From contig JAACDB010000025.1 in the NCBI GenBank assembly GCA_009937095.1, forward strand, positions 7,961 to 71,960: a stretch of DNA of 64,000 nt, read 5' to 3'. The DNA is from Verrucomicrobiota bacterium (GTDB lineage: Bacteria; Verrucomicrobiota; Verrucomicrobiia; Opitutales; Coraliomargaritaceae). The position numbers were made by a program, and so were the translations under genes. Under the pieces are notes generated by a model. It was not told where the DNA came from, did not search any database, and saw only the letters and a program-made list of their open reading frames with translations. Below are positions 44,324 to 56,487 of the stretch, one piece after another. Each line of letters begins with the position of its first letter. The first letter of the stretch is position 1.

Positions 44324-46870
44324 ATGGCTAAAAAACCCCCGAAACGAACCAAGCGAAAGAAAACCAGCACCCAAGCTGCAGGAGCGATACGTGCTCAGCC
44401 GATCCGCGGGGTCTTCCTCCTGACACTCGGCATCCTCAGTTTTGCCGCCATTGTCAGTTTTGATTTACGGCAATCCCTACATTGGGCCACCGAAGCACAG
44501 CCCGGCGACAACCTTGTGGGGATTGTCGGCGCGAATGCCGCCTACTATCTTTTCTATGCCATCGGCTTGGGAATCTGGCTCCTGCCCTTCTTTTTATTAT
44601 GGGGCAGCCTTCGCAGTTTTACGGCCCGCCCGCCCCGCAGTCGGAAACTCACTATTGGAATGACCCTGCTCGCCCTTTTGAGTGCAGCTGGTTTGGTGGA
44701 GCTGCTCTCGATAACCGAAACGCTTGAAGCCGAGGAAAGCCTCTTCCAGCAACAACTCCCCGTTGGCCTGGGTGGAGTAGCGGGCGAATGGATTGCCGGT
44801 CGTTTGTTGCATCCCTACATGGGAACTTTTGGAAGCACCATGCTCCTCGCTATGGGCTTCACTATCGGAACCCTCCTTGCGATCACCGATCACTCCGGAC
44901 GTTGGCTGGACGCCTTGCGCGGGCGCGGCCTAGCTTTTTGGAAGGGGATGCTCGCCTTTTTGGCATCCCGCAAAGTAGGTGCTGCCGAGCGCCGCAAAGC
45001 CCGGGCTGAAAAAGCCCGCCGGAAGGCCGAGGCCAAAGCCGCCGCACAGCAACAAGCTGCCGCCGCGCAACCCGAGCCGGACGATTTGCCGGACGAGGCC
45101 GTCGATCCCAATGCTCCGCGCCCCTCCCTGCTTAATCAACCTGTCGCCCCAATGCCGGGGGTTAAAAAGCCCGCCCGCAAGCAACCCCCAACCCCAGCGG
45201 CGAAACCCGAGCCTGCCACACCCGCCGCTACGGGAGTCCCCAAGCCGAAGTTTGACCCGAAATCCATTAAGATTGTGAAGGGTGAAAAAACCGAGAAGGC
45301 CATCGCCAGTATTCCCGAGCAGCGCGGGGACCACAAATTCCCGCCCATTCAGCTACTCAGCGAATCTACCGCCGGGAATGTCACCAGCGAGGAAGACCAT
45401 GCCAGCACGATGGATGCCCTTGTGCGCACCCTCGAGGAATTTGGAGTCAAAGTCATTCCCGGAGAGATTCACACCGGCCCCGTTATCACCCGCTATGAAG
45501 TCTCCCCGGCTCCGGGCGTGCGGGTTGAGAAAATCGTCAACCTCGACAAAAACATCGCGCTTGGCCTCAAGGCCGAATCGGTCCGCATTCTCGCTCCCGT
45601 GCCGGGCAAGGGTACTGTCGGCATCGAGGTGCCCAATCGCATCGCGCAGGCCGTCTGTATGCGCGATATCGTTGAGTCCAAAACCTGGGCTGAGGCCAAG
45701 GCCGAGATCCCGGTGGTCCTCGGTAAAGATGTCACCGGTAAACCCATGGTCGCCGACCTCACCAAGATGCCCCACGTCCTCATCGCCGGTTCCACCGGTT
45801 CCGGTAAGACCGTTTGCATCAACGCCATTATCGCCTCCCTCCTTTACCATTCCAGCCCCGAGGATCTCCGCTTTATTATGGTCGACCCCAAGGTCGTCGA
45901 GATGCAGGTCTATAACGCCCTGCCGCACATGCTCATCCCCGTCGTCACTGAGCCCAAGAAAGTCCCCGGTGCCCTCAAGTGGCTCATCGCCGAAATGGAA
46001 CGCCGTTACCAGATCTTCGCCAAGGAAAACGTCCGCAACATCGCCGGCTTCAACGCCAAGCTCGCCAAAACCAAGGAAGAAAAAGAAAAGGCCGCCGCTA
46101 TGGATGCCGAGATGACCGCCGAGGAACGCGCGGCCGTCAGCCAGATCGAAGTCCCCCGCGACGATGACGCCTTTGAAATCCCCCGCAAGAAACTGCCCTA
46201 CATCGTCTGCGTGATCGACGAACTCGCGGACCTTATGATGGTTGCACCCGCCGATATTGAGACCGGCATCGCCCGCCTTGCCCAGCTTGCCCGCGCCGCC
46301 GGCATCCACCTCATCCTTGCCACCCAGCGCCCCTCGGTTAACGTCATCACCGGCGTCATTAAGGCCAACCTTCCCAGCCGCATCTCCTTCAAGGTCGCCT
46401 CCAAGGTCGACAGTCGTACCATCCTCGACGGCGGCGGCGCAGAGGCCCTCATCGGTCGGGGTGATATGCTCTTTATCCCTCCCGGTACCGCCACCCTGGT
46501 CCGCGCCCAGGGCGCCTTTGTCTCGGATGACGAAATCAACGGCATCGTTGAATACCTCAAGGAAAACAACGAGCCCCCCAATTTTGCACAGGAAGTGCAA
46601 CAGCAGATCAATTCCAGCGTCGAGGAGGGCGGAAGTTCCGGTGGGCTTACCAGTGGCGACGGGGACGACGAGGAAGCCCAACTCCTCGCGCAGGCCATCG
46701 ACGTCCTTCGCAGCACCAAGCGCGCCTCTACCTCCATGCTCCAGCGCCGCCTCCGCATCGGCTATAACCGTGCCGCTCGCCTTATGGACGAACTCGAGGA
46801 ACGCGGCATCGTAGGCCCGGAAAACGGCTCCAGTCCCCGCGAAATCCTCGTGGATCTCGATGTCATGTAG
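44324..46870 (+). CDS. ftsK: DNA translocase FtsK
   Basis: N-terminal TM segments, a Pro/Ala-rich linker, a motor domain with Walker A GSTGSGKTV, and a gamma winged-helix domain (TSMLQRRLRIGYNRAARLMDELE). Confidence 0.95.
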   Translation: MAKKPPKRTKRKKTSTQAAGAIRAQPIRGVFLLTLGILSFAAIVSFDLRQSLHWATEAQPGDNLVGIVGANAAYYLFYAIGLGIWLLPFFLLWGSLRSFTARPPRSRKLTIGMTLLALLSAAGLVELLSITETLEAEESLFQQQLPVGLGGVAGEWIAGRLLHPYMGTFGSTMLLAMGFTIGTLLAITDHSGRWLDALRGRGLAFWKGMLAFLASRKVGAAERRKARAEKARRKAEAKAAAQQQAAAAQPEPDDLPDEAVDPNAPRPSLLNQPVAPMPGVKKPARKQPPTPAAKPEPATPAATGVPKPKFDPKSIKIVKGEKTEKAIASIPEQRGDHKFPPIQLLSESTAGNVTSEEDHASTMDALVRTLEEFGVKVIPGEIHTGPVITRYEVSPAPGVRVEKIVNLDKNIALGLKAESVRILAPVPGKGTVGIEVPNRIAQAVCMRDIVESKTWAEAKAEIPVVLGKDVTGKPMVADLTKMPHVLIAGSTGSGKTVCINAIIASLLYHSSPEDLRFIMVDPKVVEMQVYNALPHMLIPVVTEPKKVPGALKWLIAEMERRYQIFAKENVRNIAGFNAKLAKTKEEKEKAAAMDAEMTAEERAAVSQIEVPRDDDAFEIPRKKLPYIVCVIDELADLMMVAPADIETGIARLAQLARAAGIHLILATQRPSVNVITGVIKANLPSRISFKVASKVDSRTILDGGGAEALIGRGDMLFIPPGTATLVRAQGAFVSDDEINGIVEYLKENNEPPNFAQEVQQQINSSVEEGGSSGGLTSGDGDDEEAQLLAQAIDVLRSTKRASTSMLQRRLRIGYNRAARLMDELEERGIVGPENGSSPREILVDLDVM

Positions 46871-46900
46871 TCTCGGGCCCTCACTCGAAACACATTATTG

Positions 46901-46926
46901 AGCTGCGAGTTATTCGCAGCTTTTTA
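46901..46926 (+). terminator. rho-independent terminator after ftsK
   Basis: Perfect 8-bp stem AGCTGCGA/TCGCAGCT with loop GTTAT, followed by a T run (46922-46925). Confidence 0.7.
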
Positions 46927-46970
46927 ATTTATTTATTGATCTTTATCACTAAAATATATAGGCTATATAA

Positions 46971-47371
46971 ATGATTTATAAAATTTATATTATAACTTGC
47001 TTGCTTGCCTGCCTTTCGATCCTTTCCGCTCAGAACGCGAGCTTTGATCAAATTAGAGAATTAGAGGAAAAAACGCACAATTGAATCAGCTCATCAAAGA
47101 GCGACACAGCGCCAATATGGAAAAACTGGCTGCAGAAACGGCCCGCGATTCCGGCGTTGATCCTGCTGGGGTTCACCGCTTGCGGTTCATTGCGGGGCCC
47201 ACCACAGTAGTGCAGGATGCCCAGCAAACCCTCACGCGGGTGGTTTACAAACTAGAAGGTAGTTCAGACGAACTGATCTGGACCGAACGCAACGAGCAGG
47301 TCATTGTGACGCCGCCCCAACCCCCCAGCGCCTCTCAGGTTTTTTACCGACTGAAAATCACTAATCAGTAA
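46971..47371 (+). CDS. small secreted protein, reading frame broken at an A6 run
   Basis: ATG 46971 opens a 37-codon ORF with a classic signal peptide (MIYKIYIITCLLACLSILSA-QN) that stops at 47082-47084. The downstream ORF 47081-47371 continues the same coiled-coil-like text in the -1 frame. The join maps to A6 at 47068-47073. Confidence 0.55.
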
Positions 47372-47396
47372 AGGGGTTCTCTAAATAAGAGTAGCC

Positions 47397-48755
47397 ATGA
47401 AAAGCATCCTTCCGCTCATCTTTCTTCTCGTTTTCGCCCATGCGGCTACGGCCTCTTTTGAAGCCGTGGCATGGGGACAGTATCCAAACCCCTCCGGTGT
47501 GGATCTCACCAATGTCCGCGAGGTGGTAGGGAATTTCGACGCCTTCGCCGCCCTGAAAGCCGATGGCACAGTCGTGGCCTGGGGTCTTTCCAATTACGGC
47601 GGCGATGCCAGCGCAGTGCAGAATCGGCTCACCAATGTGCAGTCCATCTCAAGCACCCGCAACGGAGCCTTTGCCGCCCTGAAAGGCGACGGCACGGTGG
47701 TCACCTGGGGGGACAGTGGCTGGGGCGGCGATTCCAGTGCGGCACAGGGCGAGTTGGCCAATGTGGAGTCCCTTGTTGCTAGCGCAGGGGCCTTCGCCGC
47801 CCTCAAGACCGGCGGCACCGTGGTCACCTGGGGGAATCCCCTAGGGGGCAGTGATACCAGCGCGGTGCGAGACGAGCTGGTGGATGTGCAGTCCATCGTT
47901 ACCACAAAATCTGCCTTCGCCGCCCTCAAGGCCGACGGCACGGTGGTCTCTTGGGGGAATAAATATTCAAACTTAATCGAACCCATAGAAGTGCCTAATG
48001 GCTTAACAGAAATCCAAGTCATTTTTTCCAACAAGGCAGCCTTCGCCGCCCTTAAGACCAACGGCACGGTCATTAGCTGGGGGCAGGTTTCACTTAGTGG
48101 AGATGACTTGTATAGCCCGCCTGGCCTAAACCTGGTAGAGTCTATCGTGGCAACTGAGGACGCCTTTGCCGCCCTCAAGGCCGACAGTACGGTGGTCACC
48201 TGGGGCAACCCGAATCAGGGCGGGAACTCGACTGCGGTGCAGAATCAGCTCACCGATGTCAAAAAAATCTTCTCCACGGAAAGAGCCTTTGCGGCTCTGA
48301 AAGGCGACGGCACGGTCGTCACCTGGGGCAGTTCCACAGAGGGCGGCGATTCCAGCGCAGTGCAGAATCAGTTAAACACCATCGTCACCATTTATGGTGC
48401 GAAAGGAGGCTTTGTCGCGCTCAAGGCGGATCCCGCCCTAGTTGCGGATGGCCTGACGGCGGCCGATACCCGGATTACCGTCCTCACCAACGAGCGCGAT
48501 AATTTCCGCACCGCGCGGGATGCCTCGCGGGTAGCAGCCGGCAACCGCGTTACCCTGCCCGTTTTGGCCCGCTATTATCCCGACACCCTTCTACTGCAGG
48601 CCACCGGAACCACCGGGAGCAGAAAACTCGTCTTCGCTTACGAGGCTGAGCAAAGCACCGACCTCAAAAGCTGGACCACCCAAAGCACCCCGCCCGCATT
48701 CGAGATCAATCTTGCCGACGGGGACAACTACTTTTTCCTCCGCCCCAGTCAGTAG
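47397..48755 (+). CDS. secreted beta-propeller protein with RCC1-like AFAALK-DGTVVTWG repeats
   Basis: Signal peptide MKSILPLIFLLVFAHAATA. Seven full repeats of 41-42 aa are flanked by partial repeats at each end. A C-terminal non-repeat domain of about 110 aa ends in YFFLRPSQ. Confidence 0.8.
   Translation: MKSILPLIFLLVFAHAATASFEAVAWGQYPNPSGVDLTNVREVVGNFDAFAALKADGTVVAWGLSNYGGDASAVQNRLTNVQSISSTRNGAFAALKGDGTVVTWGDSGWGGDSSAAQGELANVESLVASAGAFAALKTGGTVVTWGNPLGGSDTSAVRDELVDVQSIVTTKSAFAALKADGTVVSWGNKYSNLIEPIEVPNGLTEIQVIFSNKAAFAALKTNGTVISWGQVSLSGDDLYSPPGLNLVESIVATEDAFAALKADSTVVTWGNPNQGGNSTAVQNQLTDVKKIFSTERAFAALKGDGTVVTWGSSTEGGDSSAVQNQLNTIVTIYGAKGGFVALKADPALVADGLTAADTRITVLTNERDNFRTARDASRVAAGNRVTLPVLARYYPDTLLLQATGTTGSRKLVFAYEAEQSTDLKSWTTQSTPPAFEINLADGDNYFFLRPSQ
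47541..48435 (+). repeat. in-frame tandem coding repeats, period 123/126 nt
   Basis: The conserved ~45-nt core GCCTTCGCCGCCCTSAAGGSCGACGGCACGGTGGTCACCTGGGG recurs at 47541, 47667, 47790, 47913, 48039, 48162 and 48285. A degenerate copy sits at 48408. Confidence 0.9.
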
Positions 48756-48774
48756 CCTGCGCCCAAAAAGAGCT

Positions 48775-50013
48775 TCAATCCCGCTCCAAGTCCAGCCCGG
48801 GAATATGATGGAAGGCGATCCGCATGGGCGCGACCTCAGGGTCGCGCTGTGCCTCCAGCGCTTCTGCATAGTAAAGACTCCGACCGCCATGGCGGCGGTT
48901 TACCTGGTCCATTGCTTCTTGAAGCGCGAGGTTGCGTGCCTCCGCAGGCTTTGCAAATAAATCGGGCGTATGGGAGCGACCGGCCTCCAGCCGCAGAAGC
49001 ATGACCCCCACCTTGGTCGGTTCCGGCACCTCCCGCGGGCGTTCCTCCCAGAGTTGATTCATAAGTCTCCCAAGAGTGACATCATTCTGCGTCGGAAAGC
49101 AGGAACATTCGTTTTCCCAGCGCAATTCAAAGCCGAATTTGACCTGGAGGACCAGTTGCCCCGCAAAATGATCCATCGCCCTCAGGCGACGCCCCGCTTT
49201 TTGGAGCATCCGGTGCAAGGTGGCATGCGCCCCGCTGCAACTGCGCAGACGCGGTGGCAGTACGTGGGAATGACCGACTGTGCGGCGACTCGTTTCCACC
49301 GGCGGGAGATCGATTCCCTGCAGGGCCGACCACATGCGGTCGCCTTCCACCGATCCCCAGACCGAGTGTAGCTTCCGGCGACTGGCTTTACAGAGCTGGC
49401 TTACCGAATGAATACGCGCGGCTCGCAGACGACGGAGCATCCCCTTGCCGATTCCCGTAAGGTCCTCCAGTTCAAGCCCGCTGATTTTATGCGGGAGGTC
49501 CTCAAAATCCAAACTCGTGAGCCCGTCGGGTTTTTCCATTTTACTCGCCAGTTTTGCAAGGAAACGGTTTGGGGCGAGACCGATGGAAGCGCGGACATGG
49601 GGGCCGATGTCGCGGGCGAGGGCTGCCTTGATCGCTTCTGCCTTGGCCCGCGCGCGGTCGGGGGCCTGCTCATGCGGCGGCAGACGCCCATACATTTCAT
49701 CGATCGAGAGCACCGCATCCACGTAGAGAACCTCGTGAATCCGCGCGCGGATGCGCGAATGGATCCGCACGTAAGCCGGGTGGTTTGCCTCCACAAAGAC
49801 AATATCCGGACACAGGTGACGCGCCTCACGAACGGGCGTACCCGTCTTCACTCCGAAGGCCTTCGCCTCGTAGCTCGCCGCGATACAGCAAGTCGTTTCC
49901 ACCCCCAGCGAAGGCACCACCCCCACTGGCCGACCCCGCAAATGCGGCTGCAACTGCTGCTCCACCGAAGCGAAGAAACTGTCGAAGTCGATAAAGAGAT
50001 AACGCAGCGCCAT
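48775..50013 (-). CDS. Y-family DNA polymerase (Pol IV/DinB-like)
   Basis: Catalytic motifs FIDFDSFFASVEQ and SIDEMY, plus an HhH-like LTGIGKG. Start at ATG 50013. Confidence 0.85.
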   Translation of the reverse strand: MALRYLFIDFDSFFASVEQQLQPHLRGRPVGVVPSLGVETTCCIAASYEAKAFGVKTGTPVREARHLCPDIVFVEANHPAYVRIHSRIRARIHEVLYVDAVLSIDEMYGRLPPHEQAPDRARAKAEAIKAALARDIGPHVRASIGLAPNRFLAKLASKMEKPDGLTSLDFEDLPHKISGLELEDLTGIGKGMLRRLRAARIHSVSQLCKASRRKLHSVWGSVEGDRMWSALQGIDLPPVETSRRTVGHSHVLPPRLRSCSGAHATLHRMLQKAGRRLRAMDHFAGQLVLQVKFGFELRWENECSCFPTQNDVTLGRLMNQLWEERPREVPEPTKVGVMLLRLEAGRSHTPDLFAKPAEARNLALQEAMDQVNRRHGGRSLYYAEALEAQRDPEVAPMRIAFHHIPGLDLERD

Positions 50014-50121
50014 GACGATAAACAAAGGGGTTTCCGTATATACGTATAAATATGTTCACTGCCTTCAAGTTAAAAAATCTGCGGTCTTGCCTTTCAATGC
50101 GGGAGACATAATTCAGCTTGG

Positions 50122-51327
50122 ATGCAAGTCGGGTTTCCATGGCGTCGCTATATGATGGCGGTGGTGATGTTCCTCATGTTTCTGCCGCCGGGGATGTGGG
50201 TGCCGTCGTTGCCGAATGTTTTGGAGGCGCACGGGGAGCGCTGGGCCTTGCCGTATTTCATGACGCTGACTCCGTTCATGTCGATTTTCTCAGTCTTGGT
50301 GTTTGGGGCGCTTTCGGATCGGCGCATGGATGCGCGGACTTTACTGGGGATTCTGGGTCTTTCGGGGGCAGGGTTTTTATGGCTGGCTTTTGCCTCGCTG
50401 GAATGGGGCTGGCATGCGGGCTGGTTCTTGTTTTTCCAAAGCTGCAATGCCTTGATTTCCGCGCCCATGATTGCGCTCATCACGAAGGTGAAGCTGGCGA
50501 ATTTATTGAACCCCGCGAAGCATTTCCCGCTGTATTCCATCGGGGGAACCTTGGGCTGGCTCTGCGGGAGTGTCTTGGTGAGCGTGCTGGCCTTGGACCA
50601 TTCGGCACAGGTGGGTGAAATCGCCTGCTTGGTACGGATTGGGATGAGCGTGCTGTGTTTTTTCGCGCTGCCGGCGACACCGCCGACGGACCGTGTGAGC
50701 CGGGGCTGGCGGGCTGCGCTGGGCTTGACGGCCTTTGGTTTGTTGCGCGATCGGGATCTGCGGCGGTTTTATATTGCCTCGGCGCTGCTGGCGATTCCCG
50801 GGGCGGCACATTTCATGATCACGCCGACCTTGCTGGCAGATTTGGGCAGCACGCACCCGACGGGTCAGATGGGGCTTGGTCAGGCGATGGAAGTGGGGGC
50901 CATGCTCTTGTTGAGTGCGCTGGCAGGTCGTGTCCGCATCCGGTGGTTTTTGCTTTGGGCGATGTCCTTGGCGGTGCTGCGGTTTGCTTTATTCGCGCTC
51001 GGGGCAGAACTCGGTATGCTGGTGGTGGTATGGCTGGGGATTGCCCTCCATGGGCCGGTCTATACCTTCATGACGGTCGCGGGGCGGCTCTACCTTGACA
51101 AACGGGTACCCGACACCATGCGGGGTCAGGCGCAGGCACTCTATGGGTTGATGGTCTTTAACCTCGCTGCGATTGCGGGGGCATTCCTGTGTGAAGGCCT
51201 GTATCGCGGGTTGGTGGAAACCGGGGAAGCGTGGCCGATTTTTTGGCTGAGCTTGAGTGCCGCTGCGGCGGTGCCGCTGGTTTATTTCGCGCTGGGCTTG
51301 GTCGGAACCCGCGAAGCGACCGAGCCT

Positions 51328-51336
<9 letters not shown>
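50122..51336 (+). CDS. MFS-type transporter
   Basis: About 12 hydrophobic segments with a central loop. The substrate is not inferable. Its 3' end overlaps mutS by 9 nt (convergent). Confidence 0.7.
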
Positions 51337-53895
<2,559 letters not shown>

Positions 53896-54024
53896 GCTTT
53901 ATCTGGGGGAAGTGTTATCATTGACATTAATTGTTATGAATCAAAAGCGAATTTTCTTTTAATTCAGGTTAAGGGCGTTCTTTTTGGGAGCGGATATAAA
54001 AAGTGTGTTAAATTTATTTAAAAA

Positions 54025-54819
54025 ATGAGTGTGAGCTTACATGGGGAAGTGTTCGGATCGGAACAATTGCCTGCGATGGTGATGTTGCACGGCTTGCTTG
54101 GGAGCGGGCGCAACTGGGGCACGGTCGCGCGGGCGCTGGAGGGGGACTACGCGGTGCATGTGGTGCATCTGCGAAACCACGGACAGTCGCCGCATGCGGA
54201 GTCGATGCGTTGGACAGAACTGGTGGGGGATTTGGAGGCCTACCGGGAAAAGGCGGGCCTGGAATCTTTTATTTTATTGGGCCATAGCTTGGGTGGGAAG
54301 ATCGCGATGCGCTATGCCTGTGAACACGCCGAGCGGGGCGCGGGTTTGGTGGTGGTAGACATTGCGGCGAAGGCGTATCCGCCGTACCACGAGAATGAGT
54401 TTCGCGCCATGCGCAGGATGGCGGTCGGGGATTTGTTGAACCGCAAGGAGGCGGAGGCGCTTTTGAGTGCAGAGGTGCCGGACTGGGCCCTGCGGCAATT
54501 CCTGCTGACGAATCTCGTGCGGGACGAGAGCACGGGAATATTCAAATGGCAGATTAATTTAGAGGCCTTGCATGCGAGCCTGCCGCACGTTCGGCAAAAT
54601 TCCCTACGGGAGGGGGACTGCTACGCCGGGCCGAGTCTTTTGGTGCGCGGCGGGCGTTCTGATTTTGTGACGGCAGACGATGTGGGGGCCATGCGGGCTT
54701 GGTTGCCGGATTTGAAAGAGGCCGTGTTGACCGAGGCGGGGCACAATGTGCACGTTGAAGACCGAACGGGATTCCTCGCTTCTTTGCGGGGGTGGCTCGA
54801 AGGGAGCTTAGAAGATTAA
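54025..54819 (+). CDS. alpha/beta hydrolase (YbfF-like esterase)
   Basis: Motifs HGLLGSGRNW and the nucleophile elbow GHSLGG, with a C-terminal GHNVH. Confidence 0.8.
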   Translation: MSVSLHGEVFGSEQLPAMVMLHGLLGSGRNWGTVARALEGDYAVHVVHLRNHGQSPHAESMRWTELVGDLEAYREKAGLESFILLGHSLGGKIAMRYACEHAERGAGLVVVDIAAKAYPPYHENEFRAMRRMAVGDLLNRKEAEALLSAEVPDWALRQFLLTNLVRDESTGIFKWQINLEALHASLPHVRQNSLREGDCYAGPSLLVRGGRSDFVTADDVGAMRAWLPDLKEAVLTEAGHNVHVEDRTGFLASLRGWLEGSLED

Positions 54820-54867
54820 CACGCTTTAACTTTTGCACATTTTTTAAATCGGGGTTTACATACTTGG

Positions 54868-55899
54868 ATGTCAGTAAAATCCAAATCCGAAGCCGACACA
54901 GTTGCGGCAGCCGGTTTCGCGGAGGTCTACGACCCCGTAAAACCCTACCTTGCAGATTTGGATGCCTTCCTACAGGCGCAGGTTTCCGAGATGGAACCGG
55001 AGGTACAGGATCAGGTGCGTTACGTATTTGGGCACAGCGGGAAACGGCTTCGCCCCATGTTGGTGGCTTACAGTGGCTGGGAGGGCGCGGCGCCTGACCG
55101 CAACGCGCAACTGGTGAAGCTCGGTGCAGTCATTGAATTGGTGCATCTCGCCACTCTGGTGCACGATGATATCCTTGACGAAGCAGACACCCGCCACCGC
55201 CAGGAAACGGCCGCTAAAAAATTCGGCACGGCAGCAGCGGTGCTCGTCGGGGACGTACTCTTTTCACATGCCCTTAAAATGGCGGCAGACTTTCCGACGA
55301 CCGAGGTATGCCGCGCGGTTGCGCAAGCCACCGCCCGTGTTTGCGCCGGGGAAATCGCGCAGACTTATCAGCGCGGGGAGGTCAATTACGACCGCGAATT
55401 CTACTTCCGCGTGATCCAGCTTAAGACCGCGGAACTCTTTGAAGTTTCGTGCCGCCTTGGGGCAGAGGTCGCGGGCTACTCTAAAGCCTTTGCGGAGGCG
55501 GCGGGTTTATTTGGCCGTCACCTTGGGATTGCCTACCAAATCTTTGACGATCTGGTGGATCTCTATGCCGATGAATCCATGATTGGCAAAACCCTCGGCA
55601 CGGATTTGGAGAAGGGAAAATTCACGCTGCCGCTTTTGCTTTTGCTGGAGCAACTGCCTGCCGAGGAACGCGAAACTTTGCTGGCACGCTTCAAGGCCGG
55701 GGATGCCAGCGTGGCTTCCGACTTCACGAAACGCCTGCACGACTTTCCGATTTTTGATGCAGTGGTTGCGACTTTTGAGGCGCAATTGAGTGAGGCCACT
55801 GCTGCGGTTGCACCTTTTGCGGAAGAGGCCCCGGTTCGCGCCCTGCAACAAATTGCGGAACTCGTGCGGGCCCAGCTCGGGCGCATCGCGCAAGGTTAA
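54868..55899 (+). CDS. long-chain polyprenyl diphosphate synthase (IspB/HepT-like)
   Basis: First DDxxD motif in LVHDDILDE and second in FDDLVD. The GKTLGTDLEKGKFTLP motif is also present. Confidence 0.88.
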   Translation: MSVKSKSEADTVAAAGFAEVYDPVKPYLADLDAFLQAQVSEMEPEVQDQVRYVFGHSGKRLRPMLVAYSGWEGAAPDRNAQLVKLGAVIELVHLATLVHDDILDEADTRHRQETAAKKFGTAAAVLVGDVLFSHALKMAADFPTTEVCRAVAQATARVCAGEIAQTYQRGEVNYDREFYFRVIQLKTAELFEVSCRLGAEVAGYSKAFAEAAGLFGRHLGIAYQIFDDLVDLYADESMIGKTLGTDLEKGKFTLPLLLLLEQLPAEERETLLARFKAGDASVASDFTKRLHDFPIFDAVVATFEAQLSEATAAVAPFAEEAPVRALQQIAELVRAQLGRIAQG

Positions 55900-55902
55900 G
55901 AA

Positions 55903-56415
55903 CTAGGACGGGTTCCTGTCTGCTTCCCAAGCGCGGCGGCGTTCGTCCGAGAATCCCGGAATGCGTCCCTCGTCGAAATCCATCATGTCCATGACGGATA
56001 GAATTTCCCCAATCTTTTCGGGGGTGCCCATATTGGTGAGTGACTCGGCAAGGAATTCACGGCCTGCCTCGGTCTGTCCCTTGTGGACGACTTCGCGGTT
56101 CCAATCGGCGACGCGGAGGTCGTCCGGAAAGAGTGTTGCAAGGGCAGCATCCAGAGCGGCGGCATCATCGCCCGCTGCCTCCACCGCTTTTAAAACATCC
56201 TGCGGATCGACCCCGAGGTGCATCGAAAGAAAACGGTCGAAGCCTCGGCAGAAGTTTTTTTGGTAGGATTTTGGCAGTTCACCGCGCAGGTGCTTGCGGC
56301 ATTTTGCAATGAAGCGGGGCAAGTGGAGCAAACCGGTAGCATGCGCCTCGTAAGGGGAGGGTAGGTCGAAACAGATTGCTCCGGTGGGGCCGAGGTCTTC
56401 GTTACTCATGCCCAA
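55903..56415 (-). CDS. DUF5069-like protein (tentative)
   Basis: The pattern LPSPYEAHATGLLHLPRFIAKCRKHLRGELPKSYQKNFCRGFDRFLSMHLGVD resembles DUF5069 proteins as I recall them. It is the last gene of the receptor cluster on the minus strand. Confidence 0.45.
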   Translation of the reverse strand: MGMSNEDLGPTGAICFDLPSPYEAHATGLLHLPRFIAKCRKHLRGELPKSYQKNFCRGFDRFLSMHLGVDPQDVLKAVEAAGDDAAALDAALATLFPDDLRVADWNREVVHKGQTEAGREFLAESLTNMGTPEKIGEILSVMDMMDFDEGRIPGFSDERRRAWEADRNPS

Positions 56416-56487
56416 GAGAAAAAAGGGGAACGAGCAAAGGTCAAGCGGACGATACGCCGCCGAGCCCGATGCCCGTTCCCCGAATTT

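Noticed and set aside
45353-46681. 442-aa antisense ORF, plus several 100-280-aa alternative-frame ORFs, within ftsK
   Set aside because: The Gly/Asp/Ala-rich composition mirrors the antisense of the conserved FtsK motor domain. FtsK motifs unambiguously define the real frame.
47541-48435. Regular ~123-nt repeats considered as a CRISPR-like or noncoding tandem array
   Set aside because: The repeats are in frame within one long ORF with a signal peptide. The period is a multiple of 3, the conserved core encodes a structural blade motif, and there are no unique spacers or cas genes.
50053-50066. TGTTC half-site and the TATACGTATA palindrome upstream of the Y-family polymerase as an SOS operator
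   Set aside because: Only one arm (TGTTCACTGCCTTC) is present and no inverted partner exists. The 10-bp AT-rich palindrome is short enough to occur by chance in an AT-rich spacer. The recA upstream region (25082-25141) shows no matching element.
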